64,000 nt of DNA from Thalia democratica (taxonomy: Eukaryota). A program made the position numbers and the translations under genes. The stretch covers positions 66,898,001-66,962,000 of the forward strand of contig OZ241829.1 of NCBI GenBank assembly GCA_965202585.1, given 5' to 3'. The notes below the pieces were generated by a model that had not been told where the DNA came from, searched no databases, and worked only from the letters and a program-made list of their open reading frames with translations. Below, one piece after another: positions 49,255 through 62,095 of the stretch (the first letter of the stretch is position 1; each line of letters opens with the position of its first letter).

Positions 49255-52200
49255 CAGAGTTTCCCAAAGTGGGCGATATCGCCCCCCTGGGGGCGATTTT
49301 AGTATTTTGGGGGGCGATAATTAGTAAGGGGGCGAAAGGGTGGGCGATAACTAGTAAGGGGGCGAAAAGGGGGCGATTTTAAAATTTTGAGTTGTCATAA
49401 GATTTTTACTTTTTTTCTTGCTATTTTACTATTTTTAGCTTGCTATGAAATTATTTGACCCTGAGGTAAAACTTAAACAAAAAAGTTTATTTTATTTATG
49501 AAAAAAAAAGAAAAAAATTCTAGTGCTCATGACTCCTACTTTCAAGTAAATACTATATTTACATTTATATATTTGCATATTTAACAATTACATATATCCT
49601 AGACGATTGGAATCCCTCTCACTATTTGTTATTTTGGGTTATAAATGGTTTGTAAAAATCTATGTTATCTATTACTAACTATCACCTCATAATATTTCCA
49701 GTTGCTTTTTGAAAAGTCACTAAGTTAGACTAAGAAATAAAACTATACAGGGTTGCCAATTTACCTAGAAACCTGGAAAAACCTAGAATTTGACAATTTA
49801 AGCAAAAAAAAACCAGGAAAAAATTTGGAATTTTTAACAATTTTAACATATTAAGTAGTAAAATTTAGATTTGACATAAAAAAGCTATCATATAGATAAA
49901 AGTATGGATCTCTTCGAGGCAAATACTTTTGAAGTAAACGACTCACAGGAAACCTTCTCAGACTTACAAACTGACCTTGAACTTAAAGTAAATTCTTCCA
50001 AAGAACGATATGAAAGCTTTTGAACTCAACAAAAACTAAGGCAAAAGTATCCAATCATTTAAGAGGAATTTAGATTGTTGTTTATATTTTTTCCTTCTAG
50101 CTATGTTGTTAAGAAAGCTTTCTGTTCAGTTATCAAGATCTTGAGCAAAAGGTCTAATCTAGATATTTTAAAGGAGGTGACTTAAGGCTCTATTTTACTA
50201 ATTAAGAATCAGATTAGAAAAACTTGCAAGCAGTCAAATTCCTCATCCTTCACATTATATTAGACTTCAGTAGCAGACATTATTTTATGAAAGTTTTTTA
50301 ATTTTATTTGATCTTTTGATGTATTTCTTATTTAACCTGGTTTGTATTGTATTTAAGTAGTCTTTTTATAATAACAACTTTATTAAGCTATTTATTCTAC
50401 AACAGGTTTGCATAATGCCTAATAAATATTATTTACGGTAGACTTCCTTTTAAGTTCGCAGTTTTTACCAAAATAAAAGTGCAAATTTATATTTTCTTAA
50501 ATTTAACTAAAGTAAAGTCTATTACTAACTAAATATTAATAAAACAAAATATACATAATATTTAATAGCTTATATAGAACTTTTTTTTATGAAAGTTTGT
50601 TTTATGTTTTAGTGGATTTCATGTTTATTCACAACATCATTGCATATAACATATTGAAACTTGTCATTTTGTAAAAAAAAATATGGTAATAATTTTTTGA
50701 GTTTGCACTTTTTGATTTTTTTTAAAGTGCGAACTCAGGCGGAAGTCTACTATATTTATTAAATGGTTTATGTTTTAAAGATTTTAATAATTTTATTTTG
50801 ACCTGGTTAATTTTGTAGTTAATGTTCGTTGTTTTACATTATACTAAAAGTTTTTATAGCATAGTGATTAAAATATTTGTTTGAAAGACCTTTATTTGAC
50901 AGGTTTTTGTTATCACTAGTTTAATCTGTATACAACTTATATCACTATAAAACTATTATCTGATTGTAATATTTTGACAACCATTAAAGTTTTTATTTAT
51001 AAAAAGATTCTGTTTTTTGTTTTATCTTAATTCAATATATATTAGCAATTAGAATATACTTAGTTTATTTTAATACTTCAACACTAGCTTTTAGTTTTTC
51101 ACTATTTTCCTCTGTTAAATTATTGTAGGCTAATAGCTAGAAAAATAACTTTTTAAACAGAATTAAATAAGCAATCAAAAAGACTGCTACAGTTACAAAA
51201 CAAAATTTAAACCTAGTTAAAAGTCTTTTTTAATTGATTACTTTCTGTTCACAGAATTAATTGTAAAACATTTAATTTTTTTTTGAATTTAAATAAAGAA
51301 CAAAAAAGTTAGAATTAAGGTTTAGTTCCCTAAAGATTATTCCAAGTCAGTGCTATTTCATGGTATTCTCCTACAAAACAAATAGTTTAAAAAGTTAAAA
51401 ATTAAATTTTTAACTTTACAACTAACTTGCTTACAATATATCTTAGCATTGAAATTAGTAAATTTACTACATTAACTGAAGCTGTTGATGAAACCACTTT
51501 TCATGTGAGATAATCAACCAGTCGGTCAAACTTCCTTTAACTAGATCAGAAATAATGTTTTAATATTTATTTCATTATGTGTAAAATAGACTATTAATTC
51601 TTTTATAGTTTTTTAATCTCTGGTATAGATATTTTAAAAAGCCTATTTATAAAGTAATTTATGTATTTTGTGCGGCTTAAATAAGTTACTTAGTATGAAC
51701 TTTTAAATGTCCGAAATTTGTTATTTGAGATATTATTAAAATGTCAGGTTTAAGTTAAGATTTCAGGTGGGTAACGTACGGCTCAGATCCAGTCGCAGAT
51801 CAAGTCGAATTTCGACCCACTAAGTAAATTGATAACTACTTGTGCAAAATAAATAAAATTTAGTTTTTTGATATTTAATATTTTGGTATACGCTTTCATT
51901 TCGTTTTCAGTTCACAAAAGTATTTCCTAGATCACAATAATACTAAATCATTTTATTACAATTTTGCTCGAGTTTTTTAATTTTCTTATTTGTAATTTTC
52001 TAAATCATGCAGCCCGCAATTACATTTTCTAACGAGTTGAAAATAGAAAATATTTTTTAGTAAATATGAATTGCTGACTACAAAAGTTGTCCACCACTGA
52101 CCTAAAAGTTTCAATACTTTCAAAACAGATCATATTTAAACAGGATTGATTACAGATTACTCAAGGCTTTTTAATAATTAAGTATTTTAATACACTTTAC

Positions 52201-52431
52201 TGGGCTTCTGAGAAAATAACTGTAAATTATTTTCTCAAGCCCTGTAAACTACTTTGAACACAAAAGTGCGTGCATAAGAAGTACAAGACTAAATTACATT
52301 TCGAACACAACTTTTTTTAGCTCAAAAGTTTGTACTCAAAAGAAAAACTACTTTGTAAAATCGTGGGGGGCGATTTTTTTTTCAAGTTACTGAAAAGGGG
52401 GCGATTTAGTAAATGAGTTTGGGAAACCCTG
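49255..52431 (+). mobile_element. Internally deleted hAT (Buster/Charlie-type) transposon with nested insertions
   Basis: TIR CAGAGTTTCCCAAA / TTTGGGAAACCCTG, perfect 8-bp TSD GTTTACAT, subterminal GGGGCGA repeats. Transposase dimerisation-domain remnant at about 49900-50260 (FPSSYVV.KAF...GDLRLY...QIPHPSH). Confidence 0.9.
49748..49895. mobile_element. Partial inverted copy of the CAGGGTTGCCAC MITE nested in the hAT element
   Basis: CAGGGTTGCCAATTTACCTAGAAACCTGGAAAAACC is the reverse complement of the family's right end. Confidence 0.75.
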
Positions 52432-52951
52432 GTTTACATTTTAGTTAAGCTCCAAAATCAAAGAACAACACAAATAATAATAAAAAAAAATTGTATGTAG
52501 CTTTCTATTTTCTTCTAGTTATTTTTAGGTAAAAATTTGTTTTAACTATAAGTTTTTATATAAAGCATTTAGGTGGGATTTAAAATTTTCATAGCTATTA
52601 CAAGCACAAGATTGTTTAATTTTTCAATAGTTACGTCACCATTAAAATAAGCTACCTTAAATTGGACCTCAATTTTAAGCTCACTTTATTAATCACATTT
52701 TTGCTTAAGCAGTGTTTAATTTGTAATTGAAAAAACTGAGAAAGCTACGTAAAGCTTTTATTATTATTGTTTTTATATTGATTTTAAAACTCAACTAAAA
52801 ATTAAACTTTACCTTAAACTCAATTTTAATATTAAAATTTGATTTGTTTAGTTCTTTAATAAAAATTTTGAGTAAACATTTGGTTTTATTTTAATTAATT
52901 GTTTAAATGCTATTTTCCATGAATGTAACATATATTTTTATATTTATTTAA

Positions 52952-52986
52952 GCACTGACGAGATCTTTGACCGAAACTTAGTTTGT
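52952..52986 (+). ncRNA. Candidate minimal hammerhead ribozyme (Penelope-type)
   Basis: GCA-CTGACGA-GATC TTT GACC-GAAAC TTA GTT|TGT: intact core, 3-bp stem I, one mismatch in stem II, minimal stem III. Confidence 0.55.
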
Positions 52987-53134
52987 AAAATAAGTTCTTG
53001 AAAGAATAAGTTCATTATTTCTCCTCCAGTAGTTGAGATCTCTCTAGTTGATTTCTTAAAACCAAAACATACAATATTAATTTGACTAATTTAAGTTCTA
53101 GTTATAAAACAATTAAAACGATTATTAATAACAG

Positions 53135-55104
53135 AATTTAGGAGCATTTGACGTTCAACATTTCTCAAATAACTGTAATGATGTAGAAAACCTGAAAAGT
53201 CTGGCAAATCATTTGAGGTGTGAGTGTTACGTTTATTCCCCGAAAGAAGCTTTCACAAGTGCGAGTAGGAAGCGTTTCACTAAAAACTACTTGCTTGAAG
53301 GTTTTGATTTAAGTGTTGTGATAAGTTAAAAAGTCATATTGAGTTTTGTAAAAAATTTTGTAGCAACTAAAACAAAAATGAAAACTTAATTAGTTGTAAT
53401 AAAAAAAAAATAGAGGTTACACAGTAGGTACAGACTAATTTTCTGGTTGACATTGCAAGAAAAAGAAAGTTTTTGAGGTACCAGAACTTTCACGTAAATT
53501 CCTTCGTTGAGCATGTATTAAAAAAAGAAACTTTAAAAACAAGAAAAGAGATTTTCAAACATCTTTAACAAAAATATAAATAAATGAGAGCTAATAAATA
53601 CTAAAAAATTAACTTAGAGCACGTCAAAATGTTTATGTTTCTAAAAATTTTAATTTTAGCTAGATAAAATCTATTCTTGCGTGTGCTTGTTTTTTTTTAA
53701 GATAAAAAACACGCATCCGCATAAGTTTTCTGTCGACAGGCTGAATTTGGGCCGCAGGTTGTATTTTCACTTCTATTTTTAACTGATGGTTTCAAAATTA
53801 AAATATTCTAAATTATTTATCCATCATAAACGTAAAAAGAACCGGAACAACTTTAGACTTCACATAAGTAATTGAGTCAAAGTGTAATGAGTTTTAAATT
53901 TGTTATAAGTTTTTGCGTATTGTGTGTTTATATATACCACTCAACTTAAAATAACAATACACTTTTATACAACTTTTAGAAACTGTTTCTCAATAACTTT
54001 TAAAATGTTATTTCTAGTTACAAAGTATATCGTTGACAAACTTAAAGAGGGAAAGCATTTCAGCTGCCTGATAGCAGTTATAATAGCAAATAGTGAGCAT
54101 GCAAGATCTAAGAAAGCTCTCTCGTTCTTTGATAATTCAACAAGTAGAATGGACTTGTACTTGAACGATCTGACTGAAGCTTTTACTAAAAATAATTTTC
54201 CTTGTTTTGTACGAAAACCGAAAGTATTTTTTGTTTATGTGAGTTGCTTTTTATGTCGCTGCATGTCATTAGTCATAACTTTAGTTCTAAATTATCTTAA
54301 AGATAAATGAATTCAATTTTTTTTTAAACGCTAAGGCACCTGAAAAAGTGAGAGCCCAAGAAGGCGGGATTCTCAACCCTGGTTACGTAGAATTCCCGAT
54401 TATACTACCTAGAGATGAAGAGTTTTTCCTGTGCATATCAAGACCTTATGGTATCAAAATAATAAGTTATATAAAACTTTCTTAAACAGTAACGTTTTCA
54501 TTAGTTTGTTTGTAAATATAAAACTTGTTCTCTTATATTGGAAGCTTTAATGGAAACTAAAACATATCTTGTTCTAATAGAAGGAGCCGCTTTGATAAGT
54601 GAAAGAAACAGACAATCACATTTCATCTCTCGACTTTGCAGTATAATTACAGATGCTAATATAAGAATAAATATTTTCCAAGTAAATTATAAATTTTCTT
54701 AAACTCCTATGATATAAAAACATTGTTTGAGAATGAGTTATTGAGTTCAGCTTTAAATAAACAATAAGAAGTTAAATACAAAAACAATAATTATTTAATC
54801 GGAAACACTATTTTTTTGGTTTAAACTTAATTTAAACATGTTATACCATTTTATTACTTTTAGATTTAAGTTATAGGGTATAAATAATTTAATTTAAATG
54901 CTTATTAAACCCGTCTTTCTGCTTCAGTTTTATACATATTTATTACTTATATTTTATTTTGTGTAGGTAATGATTATATTGCAAAATGAAACAAATGAAC
55001 ATAGTGAAAGTCGAATCAGAGATTTAGGTCTAGAAGGTCGTTTTGTACCCGCTCCTTTTAGATATGTGAATTCTCTAACACATGTTCTAACTTTCAACAA
55101 CTGA
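53135..55104 (+). CDS. Caspase-fold protein 1, predicted catalytically inactive (5' exon not found)
   Basis: Exons 53135-53300, 54018-54238, 54336-54450, 54581-54681 and 54967-55104 are all GT-AG, open and phase-compatible (1,0,1,0). Motifs: DVENLKSLANHL, FSCLIAVIIANS (SHG site), KPKVFFVY|APEK (QACRG site), LPRDEEFFLCIS, SHFISRLC, YVNSLTHVLTF*. Confidence 0.8.
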
Positions 55105-56458
55105 AAGCATATCGAGTATTAGAATATATAAACAAGAAGCTGAAATCAATTTTGAAACATTTGTATTTACTGTTTGCCATAAAAAATTAGAAAACTATAA
55201 TTTTATTTTTGCTTTTAGTCACACTGTCATAAACAACTATTTCTTAAAGTACCTCTTATTATATTTTTACTTACTTATAGTTTTAAAATTAAAATCAAGA
55301 TAAGAAATTGATAAAGTTTTATTTGAAATTATGTTAAAATCTTTCTGTATAATCTCAATTGTTAATAAGGCTTATTTTTGCTCGTTCATACATTTGTACA
55401 TATAGTTGCGCATCAAATAATTGTAAGTATATAGTTAAATGATAGTTAAATTTCATAGAAAGTTGCTTGTAAGAAAAACACTTACAAAATGCATTACACC
55501 TACCAAGTAAAAATTTGTATATTTATATTATAATTTCAGAGATATTGTTGTAAAAAAATTGAAAACGTATTTACGTAATGGAAGAAGGTTTGGTTTTGTT
55601 GTCTCGTAAAATTTTACCTTAAAATGTAGTAAAGTTTATTAGTTTAACTAAACACTTTAAAATTTAAATAAATTTTAATATATATTTGTCAATTTATTCG
55701 GTTTTTTCTCTATGTTTACTGTTCTTACCATGAGCACATGACAAACCGTTAAATGGTATCATAAATCACTTATTTGTTTAACAGATTTATTTGTTTGAGA
55801 CGTTTTTATCGTCTGAATGAACTTGATTGTGTTTATTTATAAAACACTTTATGATTTTTTTTATATTTAACAGGTAAGCTTTCTTACTATGAAGTAATTT
55901 GTGCTTTAGCTTGTAGATTAAAGAACTTAATCATCAAGTACATAACAGTAAGTTACATTTTAAAAGCTTTTTATATTTACAAACAATATTTAGATTATTT
56001 GTTTAAGGTAAATATTAACCAAAACCTAATACTCAAAGAAGTTATTAATAGTTTTTTTGTGATCAAACTTTGTTTTTCTTATTCAAGTTGTAATTTTACT
56101 ATATTAAGTTGGATTTACTCTTACTGTATAACAGACTAATGAAGTATTTAAATAACTTACTGCTTAAAGTTTTGAATATATACTTTCTTCCTTAATTTTT
56201 CAATTTGTATTTCAAAAAAACACAGAGTATGTTGATAGTTACTGCAATAAAGGATAAAAAGTACACTCAAAATACAAAAAGGTAAAATTATCGTAATTTT
56301 AAAAAAGTTATTTGGGCTGTAAATTCAAAATATAGTTTTCAACTTAACTACTAACTTATTATTACAAAGTTTTGAAGTTGAACGTAAAAATCAATTAAAA
56401 ACCTAACTATCATTAAGTAAAATCTTTTACTTCAAATAAGTTTATTTTTCAAAAACAG

Positions 56459-57939
56459 TGGATTAAATGGCAGATTAATCAAAGAAAAAACCGAAAAAAT
56501 TAACATATACCAACTAAATCGTCAGCTTAAAACTGCAATGGATAGTCAAGACAAAAACGAAATAAGTACGAAGTTCAAAGGAACATTTTTTACTTTTTCC
56601 ATGGTAGTGAGTTTTGAAATATTTAACTAGTATAAAACTAGTAATGTACTTTTTAAAATATTGTGTAAAACGATACAGTGAATTTCTGTAAATTTTAAAA
56701 ATTTTGGTTTATAACTAACATTTAACTATTAAAACTGACGGAAAAAAATTTCCATTTTAGGTCCCACAAGAACTTGATATTGTACAAGATTTTGAGCAAG
56801 AATACTTCTCTGAAATTGCTAATTTGTTTGGTTTTGAAACCATAAGAAAAACTAAATGCACGAACGTTAATGAAATAATCGAGGCACTTCATCACTGTAG
56901 TTTTTTAAAACTGTTTATTACATGTTTTATAATCTAGCTGTTTTAAGTAAAATTTCTCTATTAAGAACTAATTTACAATATTTACCTATGTTTTGTTTAC
57001 TTAAGTGTAAACTAAAAGATATTTCAACATCAAACAAAATTTTAATTTAAAGTAAAATGAGTTAAGATATCAAAACATCTAACATCTTAAATAAAAAGTT
57101 TTTTTACTAAAAACAGTTTTATTTATATTTAGATAATACAAAGGCTGATAGTCACGACGCTTGCTTTGCGCTGGCTTTGATAGTTCATGAAAAAGACACT
57201 CGTTTTACTAAAAGGGGCGGAATGAAGCAAATATTTGATGAGTTGTTAACCTTGAGAATTCCAAAAGATATTCCAAAATTAGTATTTATAGAGGTTTAAC
57301 TTTTAGTTTTGTGAAAAAAAAATTTAAACCTAACTTATTTTCTCTGAAGATTAAGCAATTATAAAAAATTAAAACTGTTAATCAGTTTCAAAAACATTGT
57401 TCATTGTAATAAATTGATTTAATTAATGTAGGTAATTTCTAATAAAAATTTTATATAAATAAAGTTTTTTTTTTTTTATGCAGTCATTTAGAGGAGGAAA
57501 CTACGAAACAGAACCAGGTTCAATAAATGACAGTATTTTAAGCTACGAAATGAAAAACAGTTTTGTTGCTTATTCAACTATAAACAGTTAGTTTTTGTGT
57601 TTAGATTAAAAATGTTTTTTTTTAATTTATTTAATACAACTCTTGTTTAAGTTAAAAATTAAAAAATTATTTTTATAAATAACTGTATAATATATGTCTT
57701 ACCTTACAAGAACAACTAAATATCTTCTTAGACTTTTTGTAAACACCTACTTCTTATACTTAGCTTTAAATTATTATTTTTAAAAACTCTATAATTTATA
57801 ACAAACAGATAAAATCTTTAGCCAAAATAGAATCTATTGTTCAAAGTTCACTAAGATTTTGTTAGATGAGGTCAAAAAGAGTGGATTTAATTCCGAAATT
57901 CATAAAGTTTCTGCTAGTTTTAATCATTTAATTACATAA
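56459..57939 (+). CDS. Caspase-fold protein 2, predicted catalytically inactive (ends uncertain)
   Basis: Exons 56459-56606, 56761-56896, 57133-57293, 57484-57586 and 57809-(57939) are open and phase-compatible (0,1,0,1). Motifs: FSEIANLFGFE, CTNVNEIIEAL, HDACFALALIVHE, IPKLVFIE|SFRGG, NSFVAYST, SKFTKILL. Candidate 5' exons at 55540-55587, 55785-55828, 55874-55947; candidate last exon at 59351-59536 (KQEQSVIISTLKIIFY). Confidence 0.8.
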
Positions 57940-58153
57940 CTAAATATTGTACTTCTAATTTCAAATTATTTCATTTACCTTATATATCTAAGTTAGAACA
58001 AAAAAAAATTTTGTTTTATTTAGCATTAAAAATATAGTCTTAAACAAAAACATTAAAATGTTTTTAAAAAAGTACGGAACAAAAAAAAGATTAACATATT
58101 GGTAGTCTGAATACTATTTATATTTAAACTATTTATAGTGAAAATCAGTTGTA

Positions 58154-58679
58154 CTTCACAACACGACCATCAACAACAGCATTCAAGCCAACCTACAACC
58201 AGTTTCGTCCTCATTAGGGCTCATTAGCTACGCGTAGTCGCGAATAATCGTTGTTGAGGTCTAGGTAAGCAGGTTTAAGTACATAAGCGATTAAGCGACC
58301 GTTTGTGGGTAAGGTCCGAAATATTATTGTTGTTTGTTGTATAGTGTAATTTATTTTTTTATTATTTATGGCGTCAAACATCACAACTTTGTTGATGATG
58401 GCCGTAAAAGTAAACGGCTAAAACTGACAAAACGAGCGTAGACTAATATCTCACAATATGCTGACAAAATCTGTTGACCTTGAGTTGTGAACGATTTAGC
58501 TGCGTCAATTTTTCAGACTTTACCTACAAACGGTCAATTCAGCGCTTATGTACTCAAACTTGCTTGGGTTAGACATCAACAACGGCTTTTTGCGACAAAG
58601 CCTATATGATGCGACCTAACGAGGTCGAAACTGGTCGTAGATTGTCCCTTTTGCTGTTGTTGTTGGTCGTGTGGTAAAG
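58154..58679. mobile_element. Penelope-like terminal-repeat remnants in inverted orientation, each with a degenerate hammerhead
   Basis: About 75-bp imperfect inverted repeats (CTTCACAACACGACCATCAACAACAGCA...CCAGTTTCGTCCTCATTAGG vs CCTAACGAGGTCGAAACTGG...TGCTGTTGTTGTTGGTCGTGTGGTAAAG), both containing GAAACTGGTH|GTAG. Confidence 0.6.
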
Positions 58680-59988
58680 TTATTTATTATTGATGGCGCG
58701 AAACATCTCAATTGTGTTGATGGTCGAAGTAAAAAACTAAATTTTCACAAATTGTTTCAAAAAATGAGTCGTAGTTTTTGCAAGCTGCTTACTATAACGA
58801 ATTTTGTTTATCATAAATAACATGTCATAAAATCTACAGCTACTAACACGAGTTAACAGATCACTTTCAGAAGAAAAATCAACTCGACTTAAGCAATTCT
58901 CCAGTTTTAGAAGTAGCCTGACTAAAGAGTTATATTTTAAAAAGTAGTTTTAATTTAAACGATTATAAACTATCAATATACTCGTTTTATCTTGTCATGA
59001 CACATAAGACGCGTTTTAAATGTTTAATTTTGATAAATGTAAGAAAAGTACCTTTATATGTTATATCAAATTGTGATTTATCTCTAATATAACTTACAGT
59101 TTTTTAATCTAGTTTAATTACTTTGTTTTTGAAATTTTTAAAATTATTTGATTGATTACATTTTGAAAGCCAAACATAAACCACCATTTTTTTTTAACTT
59201 TTAAAAGTAATAAAATTGTATATTAACTTTTTTATAATTTTTAGCTTGTTTATAAATGATATGCAAATGCTTTTTTCCATCTATCCTGCCACTAAAATTT
59301 TGTTTGTATTTTTGTTTAATCAAATGTTTTTTTTTTTTTTGCTTTTATAGTTAAAATACAAACAAGAGCAATCAGTCATAATTTCAACACTTAAAATCAT
59401 TTTTTATCAACTAACACTGAAATCCAATTTACAAGTTGGTTCGTTTTTATCTCTAATTGCGCCTTTTTCAAACCTCAAACGTAAAATACATCACTCTCAC
59501 TGCGAAATGTTGTGTTTATTTGTACAAACAATGTAACTACTATTTTCTGAATGTAGCTAATAATTAATTTCGTGTACAATATGATTTCTTAATACTTTAT
59601 TTCTAATTTTAAGTACTACTTGGTTATTTTTATACACATTAACACTCTTTGAAAATGTATTAGTGATTTTGTAGAGAGATACGTAGTTTGCTTTTTCAAT
59701 TTATGATGAGTTCTTTACTTTAATTCTACTTGTAAACTTCTAAGAAATTTATAAATAAACACCGCAAGTTAAAAGTTGATGTAGACTCGCATAATATAGT
59801 AGTATAAGTTAAACAAACAAAATTTTAGAAAAAAACAAAAGATTTTCTTAAACACACAGAGTTATATTCAATTTTTTGTTTATGCTGACTTGAACTTTTA
59901 CTGACTCGTTTGCAAAAACCTGTTTTGTAGATTTCTCGTGGCAATACTCTTAATCTTTATAGTTCTTAGTTCTTCTGTATCAATAGAG

Positions 59989-60130
59989 CAGGGGTCGGCA
60001 AATTGCGGCCCTCGAAGTCTAAATCTGCAGCCCGCGAGCATGTTTTTTATTTAAATGCAATGCGGCCCGCGAAAGAAAAAGCTGCGGCCCGCGAGCATGT
60101 AAATGTGGCCCGCTGAGCAAAAATATATTT
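59989..60130. mobile_element. Left end of a CAGGGGTCGGCA hAT-like element
   Basis: CAGGGGTCGGCAAATTGCGGCCC followed by repeated GCGGCCCGCGA; no right end found. Confidence 0.7.
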
Positions 60131-61679
60131 TGATTTAATTTTTTTCGGTAATTTAGTTTAATTTGATTAGTTTCGTCTTAAGTTTCTGTATAACATTTTG
60201 AAATAATTAGAAGGCTCGACGTATTAGCATTAGAGCAGTGTTTTTTTGTAAATTTCATAATAATCTTCTTTTTGCAATAGTAACTTTTGATCTAAAAAAG
60301 AATTTAAAAAGTAATTGAACTCAGTTATTTTAACAACACCTATTAAGTAAATAGACTAAATGTAAATGTTTTCCATTGTGTACGAAAGTAATGCACAGTA
60401 ATTAACTAAACTGTCTTTTCTTTACTTTTTAGGTATTTTGTTTAATATTTAATCTATATCTAAGTTTCCTTTATAAATATTTTGTCAAAATATGGTATGT
60501 TTGAGTGTACACAAAATCTTTTAAAATAATACGAAATAAGGTTTTTTTTTGGCAAATTTTTATTGTTTTAGAAGTTTTCTGTGCACTTTAAGTAAATTAC
60601 TTGAACATCAATGTACATACATGCTTATTTTCAAACAACTTTCTCATTTGATAATCAAATTAGAAATTTAAGTAAAACTCTCTATTACAGTTATTTTTAT
60701 ACATAATGTCTAAGTGTGTACAGACAAATTTAAAATAAGATGTATGACATAAATTAAAGTGGTTTTTGTTTTGCATTTATTTTCATATTTCAAACAAATA
60801 TTTTTGGAAAATTAAGTAAGTTTTTATGCGGTGAATACTAATATAGACAGATGCTCCTTTTTGAAACTACTTATTTAATACAAACTAGAATTAGGAATTG
60901 GTAAACTTTTTGATTCATTTTTTTGTTATTCAAAATAGTTTAAACTTAACCAACTAAACAATTTACCATCGCCACACATTTGCAAAGTAAAAATATGATG
61001 TACTATTACTATTATTGAAATTTATTTTCAAACAAAGGACCTAGGCATTAAAACCTAAGTCACTTAAATTGAAAGACACTAACACTCAAAGAAAAAACAA
61101 ATTACAGTGTTAAAACAAACATAAAACCCATACAAGGCACAAACTGAAAAAACTAAAACTTTCACAACCAAAATATTCAACGATTCCAAAGTCACCAATC
61201 TCCAATTATACATTCCAAAACAACACATCTTTGAAACAAGCATCTCTTGTCAAAATTCTTAAGGACCTGGCTCGAAATTCTAGGAAACATCTTGAAGACC
61301 ACTCTTTATTAAACAAGAACTTTTAAAACGGCATTTATTTTCAACTTTAGACAGAAATCTTCATCTTGTAGAACATTTATCTGAACAACCATTCGCCATT
61401 CATCATTTTTTCAAAGTTTCACCACGGCAGGATCAGTCAAAAATCACTTCAAACATTTGGCAGCAACAATTCACAAATCTAGCTTACGAATCAACTCAGC
61501 ATCCAATAGTTTTAGAATCTAAAGCCCCTAGCACATTAACAATAGACCGGCCAAAAAATTATAATTTTAAATACTTAAGATCTATAAGAGGAAGGTGTTG
61601 CTTAGAAATCAAACTACTAATAAACTACATACCACACATCAAATCAATGTTTAAAGAGATGAACAAAACTAATTATTAT

Positions 61680-62095
61680 AAATTTAACTGGTAAATATTT
61701 TATTTAAAGCAAATTTTATTGAGTTTAATCGAAAATGTTCCAGATTTTTGCACGATACTAAGATTTCTGAGAAAAAAGATTTTTGCCAACTAACATTGTT
61801 GAAATGATATATGCATGTATATTTTCTATTATTACCTCTGAGTGAGTAACTATTTTTATAAGGTTTAAAGAAAGTTTAAGAATCAATAGTAGTTTTATTC
61901 TTAATCAGTTTAAAAAAAGTAATAAGATCAAATTCAAGTCTTCTGTACTCTAAAGTTTTTATATTAAGCTTTGTTAGTCTGTCTATGTAAGACGTATATG
62001 AAATGTTGCACCGATTAGAGATTGATCTTGTAAATTTTCTTTGAATAGATTCTAGTTGGTTGATGTATTTTATGTGTGTTTTGTACAATTCAGAA
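61680..62095 (-). mobile_element. CR1-type LINE 3' fragment
   Basis: INQLESIQRKFTR...SYIDRLTKLNIKTLEYRRLEFDLITFFKLI...YSLRGN, the typical post-RT tail. Confidence 0.85.

Noticed and set aside
53436-53479. AG-GT segment TNFLVDIARKRKFL between pseudo-caspase exons
   Set aside because: Phases do not fit the 53300-54018 junction, which already gives a continuous fold.
56581-56606. IFYFFHG in an alternative frame as a caspase catalytic His motif
   Set aside because: It needs a frameshift and would be out of domain order. The open frame KGTFFTFSMV fits the first beta strand, and the true His site is IVHE in exon 57133-57293.
61050-61560. C/A-rich stretch that may be an antisense L1/Tx1-type LINE tail
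   Set aside because: Only a vague CRGETL motif; too decayed to call.
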